Origin: Promethearchaeota archaeon Loki_b31
Lineage (GTDB): Archaea > Asgardarchaeota > Lokiarchaeia > Sigyniarchaeales > SOKP01
Reading direction: 5' to 3'
Assembly: GCA_005222975.1 (NCBI GenBank)
Contig: NJBI01000057.1
Coordinates: 1 to 19,443 of the forward strand
Length of the DNA: 19,443 bases
The notes under the pieces are model-generated. The model was not told the origin of the DNA, did no database searches, and saw only the letters and a program-made list of their open reading frames with translations. Positions 1-10,166 of the stretch are shown here, one piece after another (the first letter of the stretch is position 1; the number at the start of each line of letters is the position of its first letter). The position numbers and the translations under genes are program-made.

Positions 1-125
1 TTTCCCCGGAAGCTGGGGCGCCTAGCGGCCCAAAGAGTGATAGTTCAATTAACATGAATGGAACAGATCCAAAGGTTTAAATGACATCCATCTAAATTTT
101 TACAAAATAAGTAAAAGAAAAAAAA

Positions 126-854
126 TTGTGTAATGACCTAAAAGGCATTAATGCCAAATTTCTTGAATTTATTTTTGAGCCAAAACTTCCAGAAATTAAT
201 CGTTATGGTTTTATAGTTGATTTGGATATACCGGTATTGCAATTAATAGGCTATGTTGTATTGGTTACGGTTACTCTCTCAGCGGTATTTATTGTAGATC
301 GAAAATTCAAGGATATTTTAATCTTTTTCTTTACGTTAATAGGCGTAACTACTTTAATCGTGTTCAGTTTTGGAGAGCGAGTAGTTGGTGGAGAATTTGA
401 TGTTGGAGTAAGCTTTATGACAATAATCTTTATATTCATCCCTTTAATGCTACTTTTTTACGTCGCCAAGGATGTCAATGAACATCCTACTCCTACGCCG
501 GAGAGACCGCGGATAAAACCCGAACTTGGTTTAAAAATTGTTGCAGGATTTTCGGGAATTGTTACGCTATTTTTCTTGCTTATTGGAACACTAGGGATTG
601 TAGCCCCCAATATAGTTCAACAATTAATCGATTTTGGCGAAGGAGCATTCTTTGTAATAGGAATTATATTTATAGCTCTTGGAGCACTAGGTTTGTTAGG
701 TACCATTGGTCTATTTTTCAAATTAAAGATTAGTCGCTATATCATTATGTATATGTGCATATTTATGACCCTCTTTGTGTATCCATTGACAATCGTACTA
801 TATTTAAGCCAAGATAATGTAAAAGCACTTTTCGATAAAAGTACCCGTGAATAA
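126..854 (+). CDS. Hypothetical integral membrane protein (~6 TM, two modules joined by a Pro/Thr linker)
   Basis: 242-aa ORF with two blocks of three long hydrophobic segments separated by HPTPTPERPR. No family recognised; the TTG start is uncertain. Confidence 0.75.
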   Translation: MCNDLKGINAKFLEFIFEPKLPEINRYGFIVDLDIPVLQLIGYVVLVTVTLSAVFIVDRKFKDILIFFFTLIGVTTLIVFSFGERVVGGEFDVGVSFMTIIFIFIPLMLLFYVAKDVNEHPTPTPERPRIKPELGLKIVAGFSGIVTLFFLLIGTLGIVAPNIVQQLIDFGEGAFFVIGIIFIALGALGLLGTIGLFFKLKISRYIIMYMCIFMTLFVYPLTIVLYLSQDNVKALFDKSTRE

Positions 855-894
855 GAATCTTATTTAGGTTTATAATTTAAAAACAAGAATTTTA

Positions 895-2433
895 TTGAAT
901 ATAATGAAAGAAAAAATGAATGTTTTATTTATAATTAGTGATCAGCATAGAGCTGATCACATGAGCTGCTCAGGAAATCAACTCTTAAAAACCCCTAACA
1001 TTGATAAATTGGCAAGTGAAGGAGTTCGATTCACAAACGCATTTTGTACAAATCCTATGTGTATGCCAAATAGAGCAACTTTACTTACGGGGTTGTACCC
1101 AAATGTGCATGGCGTTAGGAGCAACGGAATGGTGTTATCTCAGAATGTCCCAACAATAACTCAGACTCTAACAAAAAAAGGATGGCACACAGCAGCATTT
1201 GGAAAGCTACATCACCAATTTAACACGGCTGATTTTAAAATTGGCTATAAATCTGCTGAATCTTTTCATGATTGGGTTTTTCCAAAAGAAGAGTGGCATC
1301 CTGTATGTGAAAATTTTCCTATTCCATACTATGGTTATCAAGAAGTAGAAACTGTGTTAGGACATGGAGCATGTTTAGCAGGTCATTATTTAGATTGGTT
1401 AGAGGAAAGAGCTTCCGGTCTTGCAGAAAATATGCGGAAAAGATGGAGTAATATGGACAATTTTTTTTCTGTTTTCACAGAACATAATTTACCAGTCGAG
1501 TTATATTCGAGCGCTTATGTAACAGAACGTACTATCGCATTTCTGGAAAGACACACTAATGGTGATTATGGGGATAAGCCATTTTATGTCCATTGCTCTT
1601 TCCCAGATCCACACCAACCTGTAAATCCGCCGGGAAATTACAGAGATATGTATAAATCCGAAGATGTTGAATTACCAAAGAGTTTTAATGATCTCAAGAA
1701 TTTACGGAATCACCCCTATTTAGCACCATATATCAATGTCATGCCTGGAGCGATGTTGAGAGAAACAAATGAAGAAGAGCTTAAAAAATTCATTGCTTAT
1801 ACATACGGTACTCTGGCGTTACTTGACGCTAGTATTGGACAGATTTTAGCATCATTAGAGAAGTTAGGGTACGCTGATAATACAATAGTAGTGTATACTA
1901 GCGACCATGGCGATTTAATGGGAGAACATGGAATGCTTTTTAAAGGTCCATCGGCGTATATGGGTGTATTTCATATACCTATGATATGGAGAGTTCCTGA
2001 AATAACAAAGCCAGCAGTAACAGATGCATTAATGAGCTCTATAGACTACCCAAAGACGCTCCTAAACCTCTTAGGGATATCAAAAAGAAAACAACCACCA
2101 GATATGCAAGGCTTTGATATGTCAGCTGTTTTAAAAGATCCTGAGAATTCTGCCGACCAACCACGAGATTGTTGTTATATTGAGAATGATGAGGAAGTTG
2201 GACTTCTACACGAGAGATTAAGACATTTGATAACAAAGGAATTTAAGTTAACGATATACGAAGGTCATAAAGATTATGGAGATCTGTTTGACAGAAAAAA
2301 TGATTTGGACGAGTTAAATAACTTATGGTACGATGAACAATATAACGGGGTTAAATTTAAATTAGTTAACAAACTTCTCCATGAAAATCTCAGCGCACAA
2401 ACTCGATATCCAAAAAGAATAGCTGGTACCTAA
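895..2433 (+). CDS. Formylglycine-dependent sulfatase (arylsulfatase/choline-sulfatase-like)
   Basis: NVLFIISDQ metal site, CMPNRATLLTG (CxPxR signature), FGKLH, PDPH and YTSDHGD motifs. The true start may be ATG 904 or 916. Confidence 0.95.
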   Translation: MNIMKEKMNVLFIISDQHRADHMSCSGNQLLKTPNIDKLASEGVRFTNAFCTNPMCMPNRATLLTGLYPNVHGVRSNGMVLSQNVPTITQTLTKKGWHTAAFGKLHHQFNTADFKIGYKSAESFHDWVFPKEEWHPVCENFPIPYYGYQEVETVLGHGACLAGHYLDWLEERASGLAENMRKRWSNMDNFFSVFTEHNLPVELYSSAYVTERTIAFLERHTNGDYGDKPFYVHCSFPDPHQPVNPPGNYRDMYKSEDVELPKSFNDLKNLRNHPYLAPYINVMPGAMLRETNEEELKKFIAYTYGTLALLDASIGQILASLEKLGYADNTIVVYTSDHGDLMGEHGMLFKGPSAYMGVFHIPMIWRVPEITKPAVTDALMSSIDYPKTLLNLLGISKRKQPPDMQGFDMSAVLKDPENSADQPRDCCYIENDEEVGLLHERLRHLITKEFKLTIYEGHKDYGDLFDRKNDLDELNNLWYDEQYNGVKFKLVNKLLHENLSAQTRYPKRIAGT

Positions 2434-2486
2434 AATAATGTAATATGTTCTTAAACCTTAAAAAGTCAAAACATAAAGAAAAATTT

Positions 2487-3779
2487 TTAATTAAATTTTT
2501 TTTTCAATTCTTTCAATCTTTTTTTTATTTGATAAGCTGAATTATCTATAATATTTCCTGCTATGAAAGAGGTCTCATCTTGTACTTTTTCTTTTAAAAT
2601 CTTAACTTTTAACTTCAAAGCTTCAACTAGAGTTTCTACATTTTTCTCATCAGTTCCTTTTACAACTATATCAAGAACATGTAAAGCAAGCTGTTTTTTA
2701 CTTTCAGAATAAAGCTTCTTGGCGTGCTCCAGATATTTTTCTTCGCTATTTAATTTTAAGAATTCTCGAGCGATATCATCCGTTTTAGCTGGAAAAAGAT
2801 CAGTAGGATTTCCACTGTTATACCACCCGTGATAAAGTCTGTAAGAGGCGTGAATAGCGAAACGATAACAACCATAAATGGGTCTTAAAATGTTGTGTTT
2901 TTTAAACTTCTCTGGAAAGATTTCAAGCATTTCGTAGTAAATTTGTTCGAACCATTTTCCTTCGTTTAATCTTTTTACAACTTCATCGTGAACAAAATGC
3001 ATAGCTTCTGCTGTAATCGATAAAACATCTTTTACTTTCCCTTTACCTTCGATGAGCTTTCCATGACCGGGAACTAAATATTCTGCGTTTTTATCTCGCA
3101 TTCTTTCCATTGCTATTGCCCAATCTTTAGGATACCGCTGAACTTTATAAGGATTCCCTACATTAGGAAACGACGAAACCATCAAGTCACCGGTACAAAT
3201 TGTCTTCTTTTTTGGTACCCACAACCAAATTGAATCGTCCGTTTCCCCCTTATCGTGGTAAATCTCAAAATTGACCTTTCCTAATTTAAACGAATACGAG
3301 TCCTCATTGCCCCTAAGAATAATTGTTGGGTCCAAGGTTTCGTGAGCAGATACAAGCAACTCTTGTTCCTTTCCCCTTACTGAAGCAAATTGTTGTTTAT
3401 TTATCCAATCGTGATATTTATCGAGAGTTCTATATTTCTCAAATCGCTTAATACAGTTTTCGTGAGCAATTACTTCAGGCATGTCCCAACCTTTCTTTTT
3501 TATCTCTTCTATAAAAGGCTCGTAACCAAAAGCGTGATCAAAATGCCCATGCGAATAGATTATGTATTTAACAGGTTTATTCGTAAGTTGTCTTATTTCG
3601 TTAAAAGTTTTTTGAGCGTACTGTTTTATAGGTACATCAAAAATAACTAAACCTTCATCTGTTTCGAATACTCCGGTATTTCCCATACCTGGAACAATAT
3701 AACATCTTCCGTCTCCAAATGTAGATAACGGAAACCACCCAAACCAATCACTCATTCCATCAGTTGTTTTTCTTACCAT
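2487..3779 (-). CDS. Alkyl/aryl sulfatase of the metallo-beta-lactamase fold (SdsA-like) with dimerization domain
   Basis: YSHGHFDH (HxHxDH), GETDD, GD..FPN and LVPGHG motifs, plus YRLYHGWYNSGNPTDLFP typical of the alkyl-sulfatase dimerization region. Confidence 0.88.
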   Translation of the reverse strand: MVRKTTDGMSDWFGWFPLSTFGDGRCYIVPGMGNTGVFETDEGLVIFDVPIKQYAQKTFNEIRQLTNKPVKYIIYSHGHFDHAFGYEPFIEEIKKKGWDMPEVIAHENCIKRFEKYRTLDKYHDWINKQQFASVRGKEQELLVSAHETLDPTIILRGNEDSYSFKLGKVNFEIYHDKGETDDSIWLWVPKKKTICTGDLMVSSFPNVGNPYKVQRYPKDWAIAMERMRDKNAEYLVPGHGKLIEGKGKVKDVLSITAEAMHFVHDEVVKRLNEGKWFEQIYYEMLEIFPEKFKKHNILRPIYGCYRFAIHASYRLYHGWYNSGNPTDLFPAKTDDIAREFLKLNSEEKYLEHAKKLYSESKKQLALHVLDIVVKGTDEKNVETLVEALKLKVKILKEKVQDETSFIAGNIIDNSAYQIKKRLKELKKKFN

Positions 3780-3875
3780 AATTAATCACATTTCACTACC
3801 AATATTTATGATCTATTTATTATAGATAATAACCAAAACTTTTTTATCAAGATTGAAATAATATTAAATAATCTT

Positions 3876-6149
3876 ATGAAGAAGACAAAAAAATTAAATA
3901 TTATTGGTTTAGTATCGATTGCTCTGTTTATTTTCTTAAGTTTATTTTCAAGAATTGATATCATTACCGCAAATGGGATTGGACCATCCCAAAGATTCAA
4001 TACTAATTTCGTTTTAGACGAATATTCAAAATTTAATGAAACTGATCAAAATGTAAATTCTTTTAATATTACATTACCATCATCTTCGTGGTCTATTCAA
4101 GATATTGAGCTTAATTTTACTGATATTCAATCTATAGAAAATAACACCATCGAAGATAAACAGTATGGAAACTCATATTGGATAAATTACCAAAATGAAC
4201 CTCAAAAACGCTTTTGTGTAGGAGTACAGATTCAATTAAATAGGTCTACTATTATATTTGGCGTATATATCTATGCTTCTAAGAGTGGTTCTACATCTGA
4301 AATTATTCAAGTACAATTAAGAGGTTATGACTATGTTCATGATACGCCAAACAATACAATCTATAGTTCTACTAATATTAATGTGAATACCACAGCAGGA
4401 TGGTATTTTCAAAAATTCTCCACTGATGGGATATCGCTTCCTATAGGAAATTATTTTTTAGTTTTGAATGGAACCAATATTTCTTCTACTGAAACGGATT
4501 ATTATTGGTATTATAATAATTTAGACCCAAAAAATCCAAATTTAAATGTATCAGAATATATAGAACCTCCATGGACTGATGGTGTCCCTGGTGATGTCCC
4601 TTTATACAAATTAGTTCAAAACTCTAATCTTCCTCTTTATCCAGAAGAAATTAATATGACTGTTGATATTGATGATCAAATGTATGATATATCCAATGGA
4701 ATCAGTGCGGGGGAAGGATATTTAGAAAAGATGTTGGTTGATTTTTCACCAAATAGTGATAACTATCAAATTTCAGTATATAATAATGCCTCTGAAAGTT
4801 TGTTATTCAATGTTAGCTTTTTTGTAACTCTTACTAATAAGTTATTGTCTCCAAGTTCCGTTGTAGCCCAATTAGACGCAACTAATAAGTGGAGTGTAAA
4901 CCCCATAATCGTAAGACAGCCAACTAATTATAGCGTTCTATTTAGATATCCCGATAACTGGGAGAATATAGGCGTATTGAAAGATGAAGTTAACATTACT
5001 TTAGAGATAATACATGATACAATAGAACATCAAATTATTATTTTAAATGATTCAATATCAGATGGTGCGAATTGGGAGATCGTTGCTGATTCTCCTAATG
5101 TTGAATTTAGTTTAAACATTCAAAGAACTGAATATATATTAGGTCAAGAGATACATTTCTCACTTCTTACACTCTTACCTGGAACCTATACTTTTGTTTT
5201 ACTTGATCCTGCGGCTATACCTGTACAGAATCAGACAATAACATACCCTTCAGAAACAATTTTTTCGTATAATCTTAGTTTAACTGATCTTGATGGCACT
5301 TATACTGCCTATGTGTTCTGGTTTAGTGATGGTGAAACAAATGCCGGAGTTCAATCGCAAGAATTCTTGGTTTCCCTTAACCACCAAACGCCAACGCCAA
5401 CACCTGAATTTCCCTTGCTGTTAATAATCTTTATAGTAATACTTGGGGTGGTTGTATTAGGATTGGTTTCTTACATAGCCTACAAGAGGATAAATTCCTA
5501 TCAAAGAAATAAGCTAGAAAAATTCTTGAGTCAATGTACAGATATCTCAAATATTAACGATATCATCGTCATTGATGCGAAATCTGGAATTGATATTTAC
5601 TCGCAATCGTTAGGTGGGCGAAAACTAGATCCTAGCCTAATTTCAGGATTCCTGCAAGCTATTAGTAATTTTGGAACGCAGATGTCAGAAGCTGCAAAGG
5701 AATCTCGTACATTGAATATAGTATATAAGGATTCAATAGTAATGCAAACTGAATTTGTTAATCTAAAATTAATTATAACGTTAAAAGAAAATCCTTCTCC
5801 TAATTTTAAATTTATAATGGAAGACTTAGCCTATGATATATATAAACAATATGGGGACGAAATCGACAAATTCGCAGGAATTTTGAAACCTTTCCGGAAT
5901 ATGAATGTTTTAATAGAAAAACATTTGAATGTCTCGTTTCTTTACCCCCTAACAATTGTAAAAAACCCAAAATATAAGCAGAGTATGTCTGAGAAAGAAA
6001 TGGTAACTAAAGCTCGAACCTTTATGAAAGAGAACAATTTCAACTATTTCTATTCGCTCTATTTAATGCCGGAAAATGCCTGTACTCCGAAAGATTATCA
6101 AACGATTTTTAATTTGATTGAAAAGGGGATATTCCAACCAAAAAATTAG
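3876..6149 (+). CDS. Membrane protein: N-terminal signal/anchor, large extracellular beta-rich domain, TM helix, cytoplasmic longin-like domain
   Basis: Basic then hydrophobic N-terminus; many N-x-S/T sequons; TPTPTP linker followed by a TM helix (LLLIIFIVILGVVVLGLVSYIAY). The cytoplasmic IIVIDAKSGIDIYSQ...LDPSLISGFLQAISNFG segment resembles Asgard longin/roadblock-type domains. Confidence 0.85.
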   Translation: MKKTKKLNIIGLVSIALFIFLSLFSRIDIITANGIGPSQRFNTNFVLDEYSKFNETDQNVNSFNITLPSSSWSIQDIELNFTDIQSIENNTIEDKQYGNSYWINYQNEPQKRFCVGVQIQLNRSTIIFGVYIYASKSGSTSEIIQVQLRGYDYVHDTPNNTIYSSTNINVNTTAGWYFQKFSTDGISLPIGNYFLVLNGTNISSTETDYYWYYNNLDPKNPNLNVSEYIEPPWTDGVPGDVPLYKLVQNSNLPLYPEEINMTVDIDDQMYDISNGISAGEGYLEKMLVDFSPNSDNYQISVYNNASESLLFNVSFFVTLTNKLLSPSSVVAQLDATNKWSVNPIIVRQPTNYSVLFRYPDNWENIGVLKDEVNITLEIIHDTIEHQIIILNDSISDGANWEIVADSPNVEFSLNIQRTEYILGQEIHFSLLTLLPGTYTFVLLDPAAIPVQNQTITYPSETIFSYNLSLTDLDGTYTAYVFWFSDGETNAGVQSQEFLVSLNHQTPTPTPEFPLLLIIFIVILGVVVLGLVSYIAYKRINSYQRNKLEKFLSQCTDISNINDIIVIDAKSGIDIYSQSLGGRKLDPSLISGFLQAISNFGTQMSEAAKESRTLNIVYKDSIVMQTEFVNLKLIITLKENPSPNFKFIMEDLAYDIYKQYGDEIDKFAGILKPFRNMNVLIEKHLNVSFLYPLTIVKNPKYKQSMSEKEMVTKARTFMKENNFNYFYSLYLMPENACTPKDYQTIFNLIEKGIFQPKN

Positions 6150-6212
6150 TCTTTAATCCTTATTAACTCAAGTCTTTTTAACTTGACTTATTGAAATAAG
6201 ATTCTAGAAAAT

Positions 6213-6226
6213 AAAAAAAAAAAAAA
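6213..6226 (-). terminator. Oligo(T)14 archaeal terminator candidate for the 6232-6813 gene
   Basis: A14 on the + strand (T14 on -) begins just after the stop codon, between convergent genes. Confidence 0.55.
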
Positions 6227-6231
6227 TTGTT

Positions 6232-6813
6232 TTATTCTGATTTCTTCCGCCATACCGTCAAATAAACAATAAGGAGAATAATACAAATAGGGACTCCAAA
6301 TACAATTAGTATCCACATAATTGTCAAGAACCAAGAATAAACCCAATAACTATATGGTTGGCTACCAAACTCAGCATAGTAATTACCTTGAATTCCCATA
6401 TAAATACAATACGCTATAAACATGAAGAAAGAAAAACCACCACCACCACCCGCATTTCTTTTTGTATGAGTTTTTTTCTTATCTCTGGCTTTAAATTCTT
6501 GTTTCTCCTCATCTGGTAATCTGTTCCACCAGATATATCCTCCTACTCCAAAAAATAATCCTGTTGGGATCCCCACAAATAATAATTCCCATAAAATCAC
6601 AAGGATATAAAATCCAACAATCCAATCCAGGCTCCATTGATTAAACGTTGCTGTACCCTGCAATCCAATAGGAGAAGTTTGTATAAACCAAAATAATACT
6701 AAAATTGCTCCAGTAACTATACATATTCCTGCTATAATTATTACAATAAATGTCGTTAAATGTTTCTTTATTTTTTGTTTCCAAAATAATTCATCACTTA
6801 ATTCTTCAGTCAT
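6232..6813 (-). CDS. Hypothetical membrane protein (4 TM, Gly-rich cytoplasmic loop)
   Basis: 193-aa ORF with four hydrophobic, Trp-rich segments and a basic loop ending AGGGGGF. Confidence 0.85.
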   Translation of the reverse strand: MTEELSDELFWKQKIKKHLTTFIVIIIAGICIVTGAILVLFWFIQTSPIGLQGTATFNQWSLDWIVGFYILVILWELLFVGIPTGLFFGVGGYIWWNRLPDEEKQEFKARDKKKTHTKRNAGGGGGFSFFMFIAYCIYMGIQGNYYAEFGSQPYSYWVYSWFLTIMWILIVFGVPICIILLIVYLTVWRKKSE

Positions 6814-6910
6814 AAGATTTTCACTTTAAATTTTTAATAAGATTTCCATTTACTTTACTTTTTTATTATTTAACTTTTATTAAATAATAGTTACTAATTG
6901 AATTGTGGTT

Positions 6911-6925
6911 ATATATAAAATTTGG
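6911..6925 (-). promoter_or_regulatory. Candidate archaeal TATA box for the 6232-6813 gene
   Basis: The minus strand reads CCAAATTTTATATAT about 100 nt upstream of the ATG. The AT-rich background limits specificity. Confidence 0.35.
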
Positions 6926-7057
6926 GATTGAAACATCAAATGAATAAACATTCATAATAAGAATTAGTCTTTAAATAGAAGATCACATCCTAATATCATC
7001 CATCCATCCATAAACTTATAATCGATGCATACAGTAATAAACGAAAAAGAAAAGCCC

Positions 7058-7960
7058 TTAGAGCCACTGAATTCTTGATGGTTTTCGTTCTGGGATTCTT
7101 TTATACTTTACATTAGGATACCCCATTGTTAAAGAATATCCTACAAAATGACCCTCCGGAATCTTTATCAATTCTCTTATCGTTTTAGATTGGTTTATGT
7201 GAAATGTTAAATATCCTAAAGAGCAAGTTCCTAACCCTAAAGTTTCAGCAGCGAGCATAATGTGAGCCGCAGCTAGAGAACAATTTTCTGGGATTCCTCC
7301 TATAACTTTATCTCCGTGAATAACAATTAACTCTCCATTCCAACACCAAAAATCAATTCCTTGTTTAATCGATTTTAGAATTCTTTTTGTAGTCGGAAGA
7401 TTTTCTTCAGCTTGATTGAATTCTTCTTCGGACATTCGCTCCTTCAAAAAAGTGCGCCCCTGAGGAGTCTCAAGCGCTTTGACAAATCCAATAGTTTTTT
7501 TCGTTATGTGATTTGATATAGCGGTTACAATTTCTTTATCTTGAACTATAGTATAGTAAACATTTTCTGAATTACTCCCAGTGGGAGAATATCTAGCTAT
7601 TTCTAATAATCTTTCTATTAGATCTTTAGAGATTGCCTTATGCTTAAATTGTCGGATTGACCTTCGAGTTAAAGCAAGGTTTGAAAAAGAATCAAACGAT
7701 GGAATTTTTTCCTTTATTGAGTTATCTGCTAATACCTCTCGTTTATGAAATAATAATCTAATTACATCAACTGGACATACAGCTTCACAGTGGCCGCATA
7801 ATATACAAGAATCTTCAAAAGTATCAACTAGTTGGAGTAAATCTGCTTCAAAATAAAACAAACTAGCAACGCATTCCTTAATGCACGCTTTACACCCTGT
7901 ACAATTCTCAATATCAATTTCTATTTTGGAATTTTTTATAGTATTTACCATATTAAACAA
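7058..7960 (-). CDS. Nitroreductase family protein with N-terminal 2x[4Fe-4S] ferredoxin domain
   Basis: CTGCKACIKEC and CILCGHCEAVCP ferredoxin motifs; RRSIRQF, SPTGSNSE, LAAETLGLGTC and MGYP nitroreductase motifs. Confidence 0.93.
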   Translation of the reverse strand: MFNMVNTIKNSKIEIDIENCTGCKACIKECVASLFYFEADLLQLVDTFEDSCILCGHCEAVCPVDVIRLLFHKREVLADNSIKEKIPSFDSFSNLALTRRSIRQFKHKAISKDLIERLLEIARYSPTGSNSENVYYTIVQDKEIVTAISNHITKKTIGFVKALETPQGRTFLKERMSEEEFNQAEENLPTTKRILKSIKQGIDFWCWNGELIVIHGDKVIGGIPENCSLAAAHIMLAAETLGLGTCSLGYLTFHINQSKTIRELIKIPEGHFVGYSLTMGYPNVKYKRIPERKPSRIQWL

Positions 7961-8063
7961 ACTATTTTAAGAATTATGTTATAAAATTGTTTTGCAAAAA
8001 CTCGTATTCTATAAAAATATAATTATTAAATTTTAAAAATATTTGACATTACGCTTATTAGAT

Positions 8064-8849
8064 TTAATCAATTGTCCAATAACTGTTATCCAAAATCTCA
8101 CTTTTATGCATTTTCACTTTTTGAATAGGATTGTTTTTAAATGCCAAATAAAGCTTTTCTAAACTAGTTTTCTTATAGGTGGAGCCCCAATGATTTCTTA
8201 AGATTTTATAATAAATACTTATAGGAATACCTATATCAGCAATATATAATTCCCCAATGTTTTTTCGCTCTGTAATAAGCAGACCCTGTTTAACGAACCC
8301 TAGAGTTAAGGTCGCTATTGGATTGATGCCCGAATAATTGCTTTCCGTTGTTGCATCTAGTCCAGAAGGAATATCCAAAGAAAGTAGAATATTTATGTTT
8401 GAAAGAAAATTAAAAACATTTTCAGAAATATCATCCTGACGCGGAGTGAACCCATATCCGAGATAAGCATCTATAAAAAAGCTATCGTTCTTAAAATTTA
8501 AAGAATTATTTGGTAATTCATTGAACATTTCGATTCCCAATTGTTTTGCTCTTATAAATTGGTCTTTGGGAACGTCTTTAAGTTCATTCACGCCCTTTGG
8601 AAAGATAACTTGAGCGTTTAATCCCCAAGAAGCTAAGCGTCTTGCTGCAACAATTCCCCCTCCTGCGTTGTTTCCTGAGCCAGCAATTATTATATAGTTA
8701 GAATATTTATTTCTTGATAGATTTACCGCTATATTTGCCAAATTATAGCCTGCGAGCTCCATCATTAATTCAATAGGGATTCTAAAATCTTCAACCATTA
8801 TACGGTCTACTTCGGTCATCTCCTCCCTTGTAATGCCTGGTAATCTCAA
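8064..8849 (-). CDS. nnrE: NAD(P)H-hydrate epimerase (stand-alone YjeF_N)
   Basis: LMMELAG, AGSGNNAGGG, IDAYLGYG, SLDIPSG, TLTLG..KQGL and ADIGIP motifs. A GAGGG SD-like sequence precedes the TTG. Confidence 0.9.
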   Translation of the reverse strand: MRLPGITREEMTEVDRIMVEDFRIPIELMMELAGYNLANIAVNLSRNKYSNYIIIAGSGNNAGGGIVAARRLASWGLNAQVIFPKGVNELKDVPKDQFIRAKQLGIEMFNELPNNSLNFKNDSFFIDAYLGYGFTPRQDDISENVFNFLSNINILLSLDIPSGLDATTESNYSGINPIATLTLGFVKQGLLITERKNIGELYIADIGIPISIYYKILRNHWGSTYKKTSLEKLYLAFKNNPIQKVKMHKSEILDNSYWTID

Positions 8850-8886
8850 AATATGCCCTCTTAACTTAAATCATTAAAGAATATTA

Positions 8887-10011
8887 TTAAATTTGAGTTT
8901 TTTCAGCTCTTGCCAATTCTGCTTTTTTATCCATAATTGTCATATAGGTTGCTAATGTATTCTTTGGAGGAAGTGTCTCTACATCCTTCTTAAAAAGTTT
9001 CATTGCTTCTGAGGTACAAGTAGGAACGCATACTCCACAGCCAATACACCTTCCTTTATCTACTTGCGCGATATTGTCTTCAATATTAATAGCATCCAAA
9101 TTGCATCTATCCTCACAGATTCCACACCCTACACATAGATCTGGATCCACTTCAGCGTAATAATTAGTGGCGAAAAAATGTGATAATTCAGGTAGCTGTT
9201 TTTGGGCTGTGAGTACTCCACAACAACAACCACAACAGGTACATATATTCATTGGCCTCTGAGAATTTCCAGGTTGAAGCACTAAACCATCTTCTTCTGC
9301 TTTTTCTAAGATTTTAAATGCTTCTTCTTTCGTAATTTCTCGAGCTAGACCTTTTTCTATAAAACACCTAGCAGCCGTTCTAAAGGAAAAGCACGATTCG
9401 CGTAATTCTGTCTTTGTACATGTTTCTCCTATGAGATCCGCCCCCTTTCGACAGATGCATTCCATAACAGCAATTGGTTCTCCGATATTTTCAATAACTG
9501 CTTTTAAATCGTCGTATTGAGCAATTGACTGTTCAAAATTAACAGTCTGATCTATTGGGATCACACGTAATTGAGGAATACCCGAACTATTATATTCTTC
9601 ATTAAAAAAGGTATTTTTTATGTATTCATGAGCATCTTTAAAAAATTCAGGTGTCAATCTATTCAATTGATATTCATACATGCCTACTACTAAAGGAGCG
9701 CTACCATAATACTTAATGTCTGTTTCTCCTTCTTTTACAACCCCACGATTAATTAAACCCTTGAAATACATATCATCTAGTTTGCTCTCTAATTCTTCTA
9801 AAGAGAAACCACTTTTTTTCAATCTCCGGTAAATTTTCTTTAACGGATCTGCCATAAAATTCAATTTCAGTGCGATTTTGACCTGTTCGGGAGTGAAGAG
9901 ATGCTTCAAAATTTTAATTTCAATACCAGATTTTGTAGCTGGATAACCAACCGGCATTTTATCAAGATGCTTCTGTAATTCTCTATATAAATCTACTCTT
10001 TCTTGTGTCAT
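8887..10011 (-). CDS. Cys-rich 4Fe-4S dicluster protein with N-terminal winged-helix-like region
   Basis: ECICRK, ICTCCGCCC, CVGCGICEDRC and CIGCGVCVPTC motifs. This architecture is common in anaerobes; function is unknown. Confidence 0.88.
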   Translation of the reverse strand: MTQERVDLYRELQKHLDKMPVGYPATKSGIEIKILKHLFTPEQVKIALKLNFMADPLKKIYRRLKKSGFSLEELESKLDDMYFKGLINRGVVKEGETDIKYYGSAPLVVGMYEYQLNRLTPEFFKDAHEYIKNTFFNEEYNSSGIPQLRVIPIDQTVNFEQSIAQYDDLKAVIENIGEPIAVMECICRKGADLIGETCTKTELRESCFSFRTAARCFIEKGLAREITKEEAFKILEKAEEDGLVLQPGNSQRPMNICTCCGCCCGVLTAQKQLPELSHFFATNYYAEVDPDLCVGCGICEDRCNLDAINIEDNIAQVDKGRCIGCGVCVPTCTSEAMKLFKKDVETLPPKNTLATYMTIMDKKAELARAEKTQI

Positions 10012-10166
10012 ACTATATCCCTATAATTATTAATTTAAAAAGTTGATAATTGAGTTTTATAAGACGGGAGTAATTGAATTTAAATACATCAAATAACATG
10101 TTCGAATTTAGTTTTATAAGCGCTTTATAATTATTAATATTATAAAAAAAATGTGGAAATTAAAAA

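Noticed and set aside
6144-6974. 13-bp direct repeat AATTAGTCTTTAA (6144-56, 6962-74) flanking the membrane-protein gene
   Set aside because: A match of this length is plausible by chance in such AT-rich DNA, and there is no transposase or terminal inverted repeat.
6997-7011. (CATC)3 microsatellite
   Set aside because: Too short, with no spacers or functional context.
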